Virus record (IMG/VR): IMGVR_UViG_3300033144_002182 | Span: 1-52,663 of that record | Length of the DNA: 52,663 nt | Direction: 5' to 3' (one strand) | Origin: a virus | Taxonomy: Duplodnaviria > Caudoviricetes | In this document: positions 8,211 through 16,728 of the stretch, one piece after another | Layout: every line of letters starts with the position of its first letter | Position numbering within the stretch: the first letter of the stretch is position 1 | Made by a program: the position numbers and the translations under genes | Notes under the pieces: generated by a model | What the model was told of the DNA's origin: nothing | The model's input: the letters and a program-made list of their open reading frames with translations, nothing else | Databases searched by the model: none

Positions 8211-8471
8211 TTATGGCAACTCCTTGTATGTCGCCGTGTATTTTTCTAACACCGATAGGTGGATCATTACAGATCGCGGAATCGTCGTGAGCCCACTGCG
8301 CCAACTGTGTACCGACTGCCGCGATACTCCGAGCCAGCTAGCAAAGTCAATATCACGGACCGGCCTGTTCAGGCTTCGCGCTATATGTTCCGTCAACTCG
8401 ACAAACCGCTCCTTTGAGAGTTTGTATACCGTCAGCGCGTCCGCCAATTCTGCTTTCTTAATTATTTTCAT
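8211..8471 (-). CDS. Cro/CI-like HTH DNA-binding protein
   Basis: FASWLGVSRQSVHSWRSG...IP; start trimmed to MKIIKK. Confidence 0.75.
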   Translation of the reverse strand: MKIIKKAELADALTVYKLSKERFVELTEHIARSLNRPVRDIDFASWLGVSRQSVHSWRSGLTTIPRSVMIHLSVLEKYTATYKELP

Positions 8472-8796
8472 TCCACTCCCCCGCTGGGATAAATATGTAG
8501 GCCCATGCCAGCACCCGCGCCAGCAGCCCCCGGACGAACCATAGATCGTCGTTGTCTTTTCTGATAAGCTCCTTGTCCGCGTCGTCAATCCGGCGTTCGA
8601 GCCAAAGATGGAAAGCCACCTCGCCCGAGAATGCGCCATACGTCATTTTATCCGCCCGAGAAGAAAACCACTCCGCCGCATAAACAGACCGAGAGGCTAG
8701 CACCTCCTGACCGTCAGCCCGGAGTTTCCGGGCCTGACGCTCTTGGGTGTCTCTCATGTACCGCAGGGCGCGAACCCCTTGTTCCTTAAACAGCAT
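8458..8796 (-). CDS. Hypothetical protein
   Basis: ORF track; overlaps neighbouring genes. Confidence 0.6.
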   Translation of the reverse strand: MLFKEQGVRALRYMRDTQERQARKLRADGQEVLASRSVYAAEWFSSRADKMTYGAFSGEVAFHLWLERRIDDADKELIRKDNDDLWFVRGLLARVLAWAYIFIPAGEWNENN

Positions 8797-9025
8797 CTTC
8801 GGTCACCTCCGTTTTCATAATGTGGAGCAAGTCAGCCCCTGCTGCCATTAAGTCTCTCGCGAACCCCTCGACATGATCTACGCCGAGAAAGAAAGTGCAT
8901 CCCCCCTCACCGGACTGGCTTATTTCGAACAGGACAAAAGAACTGGCCCCGCCGCGAAAATCCTCTGTGCGCAATCTGATAGGCTGCGCGTTTTCGTCTC
9001 GTTCAAAGTGTATGGCTGATGTCAT
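8786..9025 (-). CDS. Hypothetical protein
   Basis: ACGACAATG start motif. Confidence 0.65.
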   Translation of the reverse strand: MTSAIHFERDENAQPIRLRTEDFRGGASSFVLFEISQSGEGGCTFFLGVDHVEGFARDLMAAGADLLHIMKTEVTEDAV

Positions 9026-9030
9026 TGTCG

Positions 9031-9282
9031 TTACCTCCTTACGGCTTCCGCCGCTGCTATTGTGATCTGTTTTGAAAATGCGTCGAACACGCTGTCCTCG
9101 ATTTCTTTGCCTGAATCGACGTATAGAATTTCTGTTACCTCGTACTCTTCCGTTACCGGAGTCCAGTTATCGGGATGTCCTTTACTGCCGCCGGATTCGG
9201 TGACTTCGATACTGATTAGGACTTCTCGCTCTGAACCGCCGTTGAAGTCAAGCGTGATTTCGGTTTCAATTAGGTGCCTCAT
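9031..9282 (-). CDS. Hypothetical acidic protein
   Basis: TAATG coupling to the upstream gene. Confidence 0.65.
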   Translation of the reverse strand: MRHLIETEITLDFNGGSEREVLISIEVTESGGSKGHPDNWTPVTEEYEVTEILYVDSGKEIEDSVFDAFSKQITIAAAEAVRR

Positions 9283-9473
9283 TAGCTGGCCTCCTTGTCG
9301 TCTTTCTTATTATCCCAGTATTCGTCCTCGGGGGAATTGCGGGGATCCTGTGACTGCAAGAGCAACTCGCGCTCGCTATCTTCTCCCTGTGATTCTGAGT
9401 GGCGGAGCCAAGCACCCTCGGCCTCTATCTGTGCTGCTATTGCCCAGTCTGGTTCTTCGTAAAAATCGTTCAT
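9282..9473 (-). CDS. Hypothetical acidic protein
   Basis: TAATG coupling on both sides. Confidence 0.6.
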   Translation of the reverse strand: MNDFYEEPDWAIAAQIEAEGAWLRHSESQGEDSERELLLQSQDPRNSPEDEYWDNKKDDKEAS

Positions 9474-9733
9474 TAGCTGACCTCCTTATCGACTGTATCG
9501 GCTTCGTCTATCGTCTGGAACTCGTCGTCCACCCAGTTATCGTAGGAGCGCAGCAGGTGACACAGGACTGAAAAATGATGCGAGTCTCGGCCCGTTTCTT
9601 CGCGAGCGTGTTTGGTGCGGAGCGAAAGCTCGTCGCTCACAGCGGTTAGAATCGTTTCGATTCCGTTGTTTGAAAGGCTCTCCATTAAGTCGCGGAGGTG
9701 AGCTTCTGTCTTATTGGCTGGTAGAGTTTCCAT
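9473..9733 (-). CDS. Hypothetical protein
   Basis: Start trimmed to METLPAN, which has a TCGACAATG context. Confidence 0.6.
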   Translation of the reverse strand: METLPANKTEAHLRDLMESLSNNGIETILTAVSDELSLRTKHAREETGRDSHHFSVLCHLLRSYDNWVDDEFQTIDEADTVDKEVS

Positions 9734-9761
9734 TGTCGAGTGTGGATTAAAAGGTGAATAA

Positions 9762-9968
9762 CTAGGCGTAGTTACCGAAGCAGCCGCCGGGGTCTTGATC
9801 TTCATATTCTTGCTGGGTGACATCCGGGGCGGCGAGAGAAAAGTTGATTAGCTCTGGCTCGCTAAACTGGAAACTGTCGTAGTAGCTTAATACTTCAAAC
9901 TCTGAACCGTCTGGGTGTACGTCGTAACCTTTTGATTTGAGAGTCTTAATTGCAGATTGAGTATTCAT
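9762..9968 (-). CDS. Hypothetical protein
   Basis: First ORF downstream of the promoter at 10001-10029. Confidence 0.6.
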   Translation of the reverse strand: MNTQSAIKTLKSKGYDVHPDGSEFEVLSYYDSFQFSEPELINFSLAAPDVTQQEYEDQDPGGCFGNYA

Positions 9969-10000
9969 CGCGGGAGAGTGTTTTTGTTGTCGTTGTCTGT

Positions 10001-10073
10001 AATCTAAGGCAGAAAAGGGGAGTTGTCAAGTAAATTGACAGAGAAATGCAAAAAAGATGCAAGTATTTTGACA
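10001..10073 (-). promoter_or_regulatory. Second copy of the sigma70 promoter/operator element
   Basis: -10 TAGATT at 10001-10006, -35 at 10024-10029, palindrome at 10024-10040, degenerate palindrome at 10057-10073; collinear with 7441-7513. Confidence 0.8.
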
Positions 10074-10112
10074 AATAGTGCTCGATCGAACACGGAAACT
10101 TGCTTTTCTCGA

Positions 10113-10544
10113 CTATAAGCCCAAGTTTAGCTGCGTGTGCTTGGCTGCATACTTAGCGTAACGCGGAGGCAAATGGACAACTTCCATGCTTGGATCATCC
10201 ATTTTGAAACGGATCATATCGGCGACATCCTTGCGGTGGCATTCTGACCACTTCCAACAAGCGCAAAGGAGAATGATCGGGCCGTCTTTCAGGAGCGGTC
10301 GAACGATCCGCATTCCCGCTTCCACGTCTTTGAGTTTTGTCGGCCCACCACGGTAGTTCTCGTTTCCGAAATCTCCAACGTGGCGATACCTGTGAGAAAG
10401 GACGTTTTGAAGAGACTCTTTCGTAAACCGTTCGTCCTTAGACCACGGTTTCAGGCGCACGTCCACTACGATTGCGCCGAGCTTATGGGCGTAATGGGAA
10501 ATGTCCGAAGGGGTGCTGGAAGCGTAGCCGAGGGTGTAAATCAT
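10113..10544 (-). CDS. DUF488 family protein
   Basis: IYTLGY, VDVR..P.S, LLC.....CHR motifs. Confidence 0.8.
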   Translation of the reverse strand: MIYTLGYASSTPSDISHYAHKLGAIVVDVRLKPWSKDERFTKESLQNVLSHRYRHVGDFGNENYRGGPTKLKDVEAGMRIVRPLLKDGPIILLCACWKWSECHRKDVADMIRFKMDDPSMEVVHLPPRYAKYAAKHTQLNLGL

Positions 10545-10594
10545 TGTCGTCTGATTTGGTTAAAACAATCTAAGGCGGGAACCGGATAGATGCC

Positions 10595-11935
10595 ATGTTT
10601 TTAGGAACGATACACGAAAATGTGCGCCTGTTTGTGGCGTCACTGGCCGCAGAAAACCGAGGCAAGAAGATCATTGCCGGATGCTCTGACAACCTGACCG
10701 TCGAGCGGCTATTCTCACGCTTTGGCGTACCCGCCGAGATTCATTCCAATGACGTAACGCTCCACACGTATCTGCTGACCAGTGCCGTCCGTCAGACTCC
10801 GGTTAAGCTGGAACTCATGGATTCCGACTTCGCATTCGTGGCCCCCTTTCTGGGTGCCTCCGACCCGTGGATTGCTTGCTCCGCCGTAATGATCGTTTTT
10901 CGGATGCTCCAATACGAGAATCAGGGCAACGCGCACAACCGCCGAATGTGGCGGCACCACATAGCCAACTTCGAAGGACTCGTCTATCAGTCGGCAGCGA
11001 AAATGTCCTACGGGCTACCCCCAGAGATAACGTCGTACCACAACGGCGACGTATTCGACCACTTCAAGCGATTCGCCGACGACAAGGACGCCATCTTCAC
11101 CGCCTCCTTCCCGTTCTTCACTGGCGGCTACGAGAAAATGTTCAAGCGCATGGACGAAATCTTCTCATGGCCGAAGCCAGAATACCCGATGCTGGACGAC
11201 AAGCGTCGAGAGGAAATCATCAAATGGATGCGCGAGCGGAAACACTTCTTCCTTCTGTACGAGCCCCTGTCCAGAATCAAGCCTTCACTCGTAGCCAACA
11301 AACACCGGGACGTGTGGGTCTACTGCTACACGAACCTGACGAAAGACAAAGCCGTATTCCGGCGCAAACGAAGCGAAGAGGATCCGAAGTACCCGATCCT
11401 GCCAGCGGATTACGAATTCACCCGGCAGACACAAATCTCCCTCACCAAAGTACCGTCGGCGAACTCAGCCTTTTACAAAGGACAGTACCTCGCTAAGAAC
11501 ATCGACTACTCAAACGCAATGTGGGCCTTCGCGGTTATGGCCGACGATTACGTAATTGGATTCCTCGAATACTCGCTCACGTCGAGAGCCTTCGGAGCGC
11601 GAGACTCCATTTACATGATGGGAGATTTTGTCGTAGGCCAGAACAAAACGGCCAAGCTATCGAAACTGGTTGTCATGTTGTCGTGCTGCGCCGACATCCG
11701 AAAGGAGATCCGGCGGCTGACCGTGCAGGACATAAAAAAGGTTCTCACAACGGCCTTCACCGACCGAGCCGTTTCGATGAAATATCGAGGCGTATACAGA
11801 CTCGTTAAGCGAGGCGAAAACAACGGAAAGAAGTTCCTCAACTACGAAGCCCTCTTGGGCGGACGAAGGTCTAAACAGACGTACCAACAATGGTTCAGAA
11901 AAACTCAACGCCAGAAGCCCTCGTCGAACAGCTAA
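10595..11935 (+). CDS. Putative DNA base-modification enzyme: degenerate adenine-MTase-like N-terminus plus GNAT/Mom-like C-terminus
   Basis: GCSDN, HSNDV, SFPFF..GYEK; C-terminal QYL, FAV..D.VIG, SKLV, TTAFT..VSMKYRG; located just upstream of ParB-TerS-TerL. Confidence 0.6.
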   Translation: MFLGTIHENVRLFVASLAAENRGKKIIAGCSDNLTVERLFSRFGVPAEIHSNDVTLHTYLLTSAVRQTPVKLELMDSDFAFVAPFLGASDPWIACSAVMIVFRMLQYENQGNAHNRRMWRHHIANFEGLVYQSAAKMSYGLPPEITSYHNGDVFDHFKRFADDKDAIFTASFPFFTGGYEKMFKRMDEIFSWPKPEYPMLDDKRREEIIKWMRERKHFFLLYEPLSRIKPSLVANKHRDVWVYCYTNLTKDKAVFRRKRSEEDPKYPILPADYEFTRQTQISLTKVPSANSAFYKGQYLAKNIDYSNAMWAFAVMADDYVIGFLEYSLTSRAFGARDSIYMMGDFVVGQNKTAKLSKLVVMLSCCADIRKEIRRLTVQDIKKVLTTAFTDRAVSMKYRGVYRLVKRGENNGKKFLNYEALLGGRRSKQTYQQWFRKTQRQKPSSNS

Positions 11936-12711
11936 ACGACGCGCTGATTGCCGACGAACTCACGCCTTACCGCATAGGTATAGCCGACCCGAAGCTGCTT
12001 GCTCCGCAGGACGTAAACGCTCACTTCATGCCGAAGAACGTCTACGACCAACTGGTAGCGAACGTCCAACGAGACGGGAATCTCTCGTCGATGCCTTTCT
12101 GCTGGAAGAAACCAACGGGCGAAATGTCGATCCTCTCTGGACACCACCGAGTCGAGGCGGCAATTCAGGCAGGAGCGCAAAAGGTTCTCTTTCTCTACAC
12201 AGACGCCAAGCTCAACGAACAACAACGCATCGCCATACAGCTATCCCACAACTCACTCGTCGGGCTCGACGACACGGCGATATTGAAGGAACAGTGGGCG
12301 AAGCTCCGAGACGTATCACTGAAACTATACTCAGGACTGGACGACCGGGCACTCAAAACATTCAACCCCGTTCTCTATTCCTCGTACAACGAAGCCTCTC
12401 TACGGGTGCAGACCATAGAACTCCAATTCCTGTCAACAGAACTCGAGGCCATAAAAACCACGTTCGAGAAATTAAACAAGTCAGCACGGCACCACTTCGC
12501 GGCGAGAATGGAGGACTTTGAACCATTCCTCGAAGCATTCATAAGACTTAAAGAATCATCAACGATCTATAACTCATCAACAGCCTTCCTCATGCTTATC
12601 CGTGCTGCTGAACTGATTGCAGACTTCATGGACGATTACAAGCGTGAGCCAACAGGAGAGGAACTGGAAGTGATACACGACAAGCTGAACGACGAGGGAT
12701 TGATTGACTGA
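11890..12711 (+). CDS. ParB/Srx-like N-terminal domain protein
   Basis: NAHFM, L..N...DG, ILSGHHRVEAA motifs. Confidence 0.8.
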   Translation: MVQKNSTPEALVEQLNDALIADELTPYRIGIADPKLLAPQDVNAHFMPKNVYDQLVANVQRDGNLSSMPFCWKKPTGEMSILSGHHRVEAAIQAGAQKVLFLYTDAKLNEQQRIAIQLSHNSLVGLDDTAILKEQWAKLRDVSLKLYSGLDDRALKTFNPVLYSSYNEASLRVQTIELQFLSTELEAIKTTFEKLNKSARHHFAARMEDFEPFLEAFIRLKESSTIYNSSTAFLMLIRAAELIADFMDDYKREPTGEELEVIHDKLNDEGLID

Positions 12712-12729
12712 ACATATAGAGGCTGAACA

Positions 12730-13155
12730 ATGGGAAGGAAACCAAGCGAGTCCGAAAAGAAGAAAATCGCTGCCAGACGTGCGAAGGTGGCTGCGAATAT
12801 CGTTGCTGGCGTGGATTACCGAACGATGTCTGCGGCTCTTGTGCAAGAGGGCTATTCGGCATCACTCGGCACGATTGCTTCTGACGCGAAATGGTTACTC
12901 GCAGATTGGCAAAAACGATCTGTTGAGGAAATGGACAACTTCGTCCGCGTGGAGCTACGAAGGCTCGACATTGCACTGAATTCAATCTGGGACAAGGTGA
13001 CCGACGGAAATGACCGATCTATTGAAACCATGCTCAAACTCATGGAGAGACGGGCTAAGTACCTGGGATTAGATGCAGCCACTACCATCGAACACGGACT
13101 CCCCGACGACTTCAAAATTAGCGGAATCAAGTTCTCTCCACGTCCCGCTGAATGA
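12730..13155 (+). CDS. terS: Terminase small subunit (putative)
   Basis: HTH-like N-terminus, RRAKYLGLD motif; immediately upstream of TerL. Confidence 0.7.
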   Translation: MGRKPSESEKKKIAARRAKVAANIVAGVDYRTMSAALVQEGYSASLGTIASDAKWLLADWQKRSVEEMDNFVRVELRRLDIALNSIWDKVTDGNDRSIETMLKLMERRAKYLGLDAATTIEHGLPDDFKISGIKFSPRPAE

Positions 13156-14446
13156 CGTATTCTTCAAGGACGCAGACAACGAACTAGACTTTGCTTACCA
13201 TCCGGGCCAACTAGCGGCACACGGTTCTGATGCCAGAACGATACTTGTGCTTGCCGGTACGCAGTCGGGCAAAACCGTCTATGGCCCGTGGTGGCTCTTG
13301 CGTGAGATTATGCACCGTGGCCCCGGAGACTATCTGTTTGCCACGCCGACCTATCCGCTTCTCGAAGTCAAGGCCCTTCCGTCGTTTCGATTCCTCTTCC
13401 AAACGATCCTGAAACTGGGCACCTACAAAACCGCACCCGTCCGGGCGTTCACGTTCAACAAGAACGGAGAGGACTTGCTACGCAAAAACGGCTGGAAAAT
13501 AACCGAACCGACGCGGATCGTGTTCGGCCATGCGTCGAGTCCAGAATCTCTCGAATCAGCAACGTACAAAGCTGCCGTACTGGATGAGGCTGGACAGAAG
13601 CAATTCAAAGTCGACTCGAAGCAAGCCATCGACCGGCGACTCTCTATCCACCGGGGCCGGATGCTGATTACCACAACACCGTACCACATCGGCTGGCTCA
13701 AGCTCGACATATACGACAAGGCAGCAAACCGGAAGGGCTCAGAGAAGGACATCGAAGTCATTCAGTTTGAATCAATAATGAACCCGACGTTTCCCGTAGA
13801 CGAATACGAACGGGCTCAAAGACTCCTACCCCCGTGGAAATTCAATCTCTTCTATCGGGCCATGTGGGAGCGGCCTATCGGTCAAATCTATTCGTCATTC
13901 GACGAAGAACGCGACGTGGTTGACCCCTTCCCGATACCCGAAAACTGGTTGCGGTTCCTCGGCATGGACTTTGGCGGCGTGAATACCGCTGGGGTCTATT
14001 TCGCCGTCGATCCTGACTACAAACAAATGGTCGTCTACCGCGAATACCATGCTGGCGACAAGTCAGCGGCGGAACACACAAAGGATCTCTTGAAAGGTGA
14101 AGCGATCATTCCGACGTGCTTTGGCGGGGCGGCTTCGGAAAAACAGTGGCGTGTCGAGTTTACGAACTCAGGACTGCCGATCTCACGTCCTCCAATAGGT
14201 GATGTAGAGGTAGGAATCAATCGCGTCTTTGCGATGCACGTGGAGGGCCGGATCAAGGTGTTCCGTAATTGTTTGAAATATATCGACGAAAAGCTGCGAT
14301 ACTCCCGCAAACTCAACGATATGGACGAGCCTACCGAGGACATCGAGGACAAGGCCACGTTTCACTTGATGGATGCCGAACGCTATATCATCGCTCACCT
14401 TTGGACTGGTGCCGGAGATTTGGGCGGCGAGGTTATTGGATTCTAG
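13073..14446 (+). CDS. terL: Terminase large subunit
   Basis: Q motif HPGQ, Walker A AGTQSGKT, Walker B AAVLDEAG, TTTP, nuclease GMDFG and HLMDAERY; exact start uncertain. Confidence 0.93.
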   Translation: MQPLPSNTDSPTTSKLAESSSLHVPLNDVFFKDADNELDFAYHPGQLAAHGSDARTILVLAGTQSGKTVYGPWWLLREIMHRGPGDYLFATPTYPLLEVKALPSFRFLFQTILKLGTYKTAPVRAFTFNKNGEDLLRKNGWKITEPTRIVFGHASSPESLESATYKAAVLDEAGQKQFKVDSKQAIDRRLSIHRGRMLITTTPYHIGWLKLDIYDKAANRKGSEKDIEVIQFESIMNPTFPVDEYERAQRLLPPWKFNLFYRAMWERPIGQIYSSFDEERDVVDPFPIPENWLRFLGMDFGGVNTAGVYFAVDPDYKQMVVYREYHAGDKSAAEHTKDLLKGEAIIPTCFGGAASEKQWRVEFTNSGLPISRPPIGDVEVGINRVFAMHVEGRIKVFRNCLKYIDEKLRYSRKLNDMDEPTEDIEDKATFHLMDAERYIIAHLWTGAGDLGGEVIGF

Positions 14447-14476
14447 CTAACTGCTCTCGTATCTTCTCCGCATCAA

Positions 14477-14549
14477 GCGCGGGTAACCTAATGTAGGGTG
14501 CCTTGCTCCCGGTGAGGATGTGGAGGTTCAAATCCTTCCCCGCGCTCAA
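14477..14549 (+). tRNA. Atypical tRNA-Gly (anticodon CCC)
   Basis: Acceptor GCGCGGG/CCCGCGC, U73, D arm ACCT/GGGT, anticodon arm CCTTG-CTCCCGG-TGAGG, T arm GGAGG-TTCAAAT-CCTTC; ends in CAA. Confidence 0.8.
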
Positions 14550-14565
14550 CTATTCAATCGGAGCC

Positions 14566-16242
14566 ATGCCACGCACAGAAGCCACTCAGTTCTTCTCAGA
14601 TCGTCAGGGCTTGGAGGGTTCAACAGGAACCACCATCCAAAAAACCCCTCTCGTTTGGTCAAGCACGAATGATCCGCTTGACAGTATTCCCAACGGCTGG
14701 GTTCTGTACGAACACCCCGAATTCGCGGCGATGTACCAAGACTGGGAGTATTGCTGGGATATGTATACCGGCGATGCAGCACGGCCCGAAAAGGTCGAAG
14801 CCTATCTGCTTCAACGCGCCCTCGGTGAATCGGACGAAGATTACAACGAACGAAAACGCAACGCTTCTCTTTCTCCGCATTATGCTTTCGCTCTCGATGC
14901 GCTGGCTGGATTACTGGCGACAGCCGAAACCGAAACGAAGCGGCAGTTTCAGGACGAAGAGTCGTCGAAAGGATTGGGCGACAAGGACGAGGCCGGCACT
15001 CCTGCTCATTCGCTCTGGAATAACGCCGACGGCGAAGGAACCAACTATCTCCCTTTCTGGCAGCAAGTCGCAATCCGCCTCCTGATCTTCAAACGCCTCT
15101 GGATATTAGCGCAGGGCGTAAAACGCCAGACTATCGTACTGGAAGATGGCACTACGAAAGAGATCCCAGTAAAAGAACCTCATTGGCGGCACCTGACCCC
15201 AATGGCTGTCACGAACTGGAAACATAATGAGCAGAATGGACGGCTTGAAACCGTCGTGGTTCATACGAAGATCGACACCCGGAACTCCATCGAATCAACG
15301 CCCCAAGTCTCAGACGTGTATACTGTTTATGAGATCGGGGGCTGGACAGCATACCAGAAGATTGTTCGGAACGGCAAGCTCATAATACTGCCCTACGATA
15401 CAGGCACTTATGAGTATAGCGAGCGCATGGGAGCGGAGTTGATCCCAGCGTTGCCGATATTCATGGCGGAGCTACCGATGGCTCGCAACGTGTCTCTCAA
15501 CGCTGCCACTCGCGCTAATGCGAACTGGAACATGGAGTCTGAGCGGGATGCACTTCTCCGTAACGGAAACATACCCCGCTTCGTCCTCGTGGCGCACGAA
15601 GGCGCGTACAAAACAATGGTACAGCGTTTAGTTAAAGGCTGGAAGTTGCTTCGCCATGATCCCGAACAAGACAAACAGCATTACTATGTCAGTCCTCCGG
15701 CAGAAGCGGCAAAGCTCTCGACTGAGGTACTGAAAGAGCGTATACCGGAATTTTATGCTACAACCTTCCGAGATTTTGGCGATGCGGCAAAAGAGCGCAC
15801 AGCTACCGAGGTTCGAAGCAGACAAAAGTCCGGTATCGAGGCGGCATTGGCTCTAACCGTAGGAACTCTGGAAGAAGCCGAAAACCGTGGACTATTCCTC
15901 CAAGAACAAATCAACTTCCCAGACGATCGGGATGCGTGGGGGCAAGCCACAGCGACCTATTCCAGAAACTTCCTGCCTTTGGAGCCGGGTGCCATTGCCG
16001 ATTTGATTATGACCTCATTCTTCCCGACAGATTCTCTACCGGCTGGCCCAGAGGCGACGAAAAACGCCGTGATCTATATGCTTGACTATCTCGGGCTCCA
16101 ATACGACGAAGCCGAAGTAGAACAGGCGGTTGAGGAACGCGAGTCAGCCAATGACCGGGACAATCTTGCTTTTGGCACCGACCTAGCATTCTCGCCAGAA
16201 GAACTCGAAGGCCCCGCCGAGGATGAAATCCAAGAGGGATGA
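14566..16242 (+). CDS. Portal protein
   Basis: Position after TerL; HPEF...W....D.Y.G, YL....E....Y..R, ERTATE motifs; start trimmed because the longer ORF overlaps the tRNA. Confidence 0.85.
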   Translation: MPRTEATQFFSDRQGLEGSTGTTIQKTPLVWSSTNDPLDSIPNGWVLYEHPEFAAMYQDWEYCWDMYTGDAARPEKVEAYLLQRALGESDEDYNERKRNASLSPHYAFALDALAGLLATAETETKRQFQDEESSKGLGDKDEAGTPAHSLWNNADGEGTNYLPFWQQVAIRLLIFKRLWILAQGVKRQTIVLEDGTTKEIPVKEPHWRHLTPMAVTNWKHNEQNGRLETVVVHTKIDTRNSIESTPQVSDVYTVYEIGGWTAYQKIVRNGKLIILPYDTGTYEYSERMGAELIPALPIFMAELPMARNVSLNAATRANANWNMESERDALLRNGNIPRFVLVAHEGAYKTMVQRLVKGWKLLRHDPEQDKQHYYVSPPAEAAKLSTEVLKERIPEFYATTFRDFGDAAKERTATEVRSRQKSGIEAALALTVGTLEEAENRGLFLQEQINFPDDRDAWGQATATYSRNFLPLEPGAIADLIMTSFFPTDSLPAGPEATKNAVIYMLDYLGLQYDEAEVEQAVEERESANDRDNLAFGTDLAFSPEELEGPAEDEIQEG

Positions 16243-16499
16243 GCTTTACCATTACTCAGGCCAAAAACGGGTACATCGTTCGTGACGGCGATGAAAAGAT
16301 TGGTATTCTCTACGTACATCCTACACTAGACGCGGCATTTTCCCAGATCCGCAAGGCGTTTGGCGATCCCGAAACCATTACCTTAGTTCCCATGCCGGAG
16401 GCTGACGAGCGGAAAAAGAGAACGCTACGAATAGGTGAACCAAATGGACTGGGCTCTAATAATTCAGACGGTGCAGGAAACGGCAGGGATTCTCGGTGA
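16239..16499 (+). CDS. Hypothetical protein
   Basis: ATGA overlap with the portal stop. Confidence 0.55.
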   Translation: MSFTITQAKNGYIVRDGDEKIGILYVHPTLDAAFSQIRKAFGDPETITLVPMPEADERKKRTLRIGEPNGLGSNNSDGAGNGRDSR

Positions 16500-16728
16500 G
16501 GGTCATATTCTTGACTATATCGGCATCGGTGGCCCCGGCGCACTGGCTGTTCATTTCTACTGGTGGCAACGCGAACAAAAGGCCGAAAAGAAGCGCAGGA
16601 GCGAACGTCTCGACGAATACACTGATCGACTAGCCGAGAAGGACGCGGAAATAGAAAAGCTCTGTGGCGAATGCCAGAAATATCAAGACAAGTGGATCGA
16701 GGCCATGACACCCGTTGCCACCGACTAA
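16444..16728 (+). CDS. Small membrane and coiled-coil protein (possible holin-like)
   Basis: Hydrophobic IGIGGPGALAVHFYWW followed by a charged coiled coil. Confidence 0.5.
   Translation: MDWALIIQTVQETAGILGEGHILDYIGIGGPGALAVHFYWWQREQKAEKKRRSERLDEYTDRLAEKDAEIEKLCGECQKYQDKWIEAMTPVATD

Noticed and set aside
11890-12711. Plasmid partition system
   Set aside because: No ParA seen; the context is a modification-terminase locus
14477-14549. tRNA fragment serving as attP
   Set aside because: No integrase recognised and the element is a whole cloverleaf rather than a 3' fragment; not fully excluded
14503-14565. Extended portal N-terminus from the ORF track
   Set aside because: It overlaps the tRNA-Gly cloverleaf; ATG 14566 is the more plausible start
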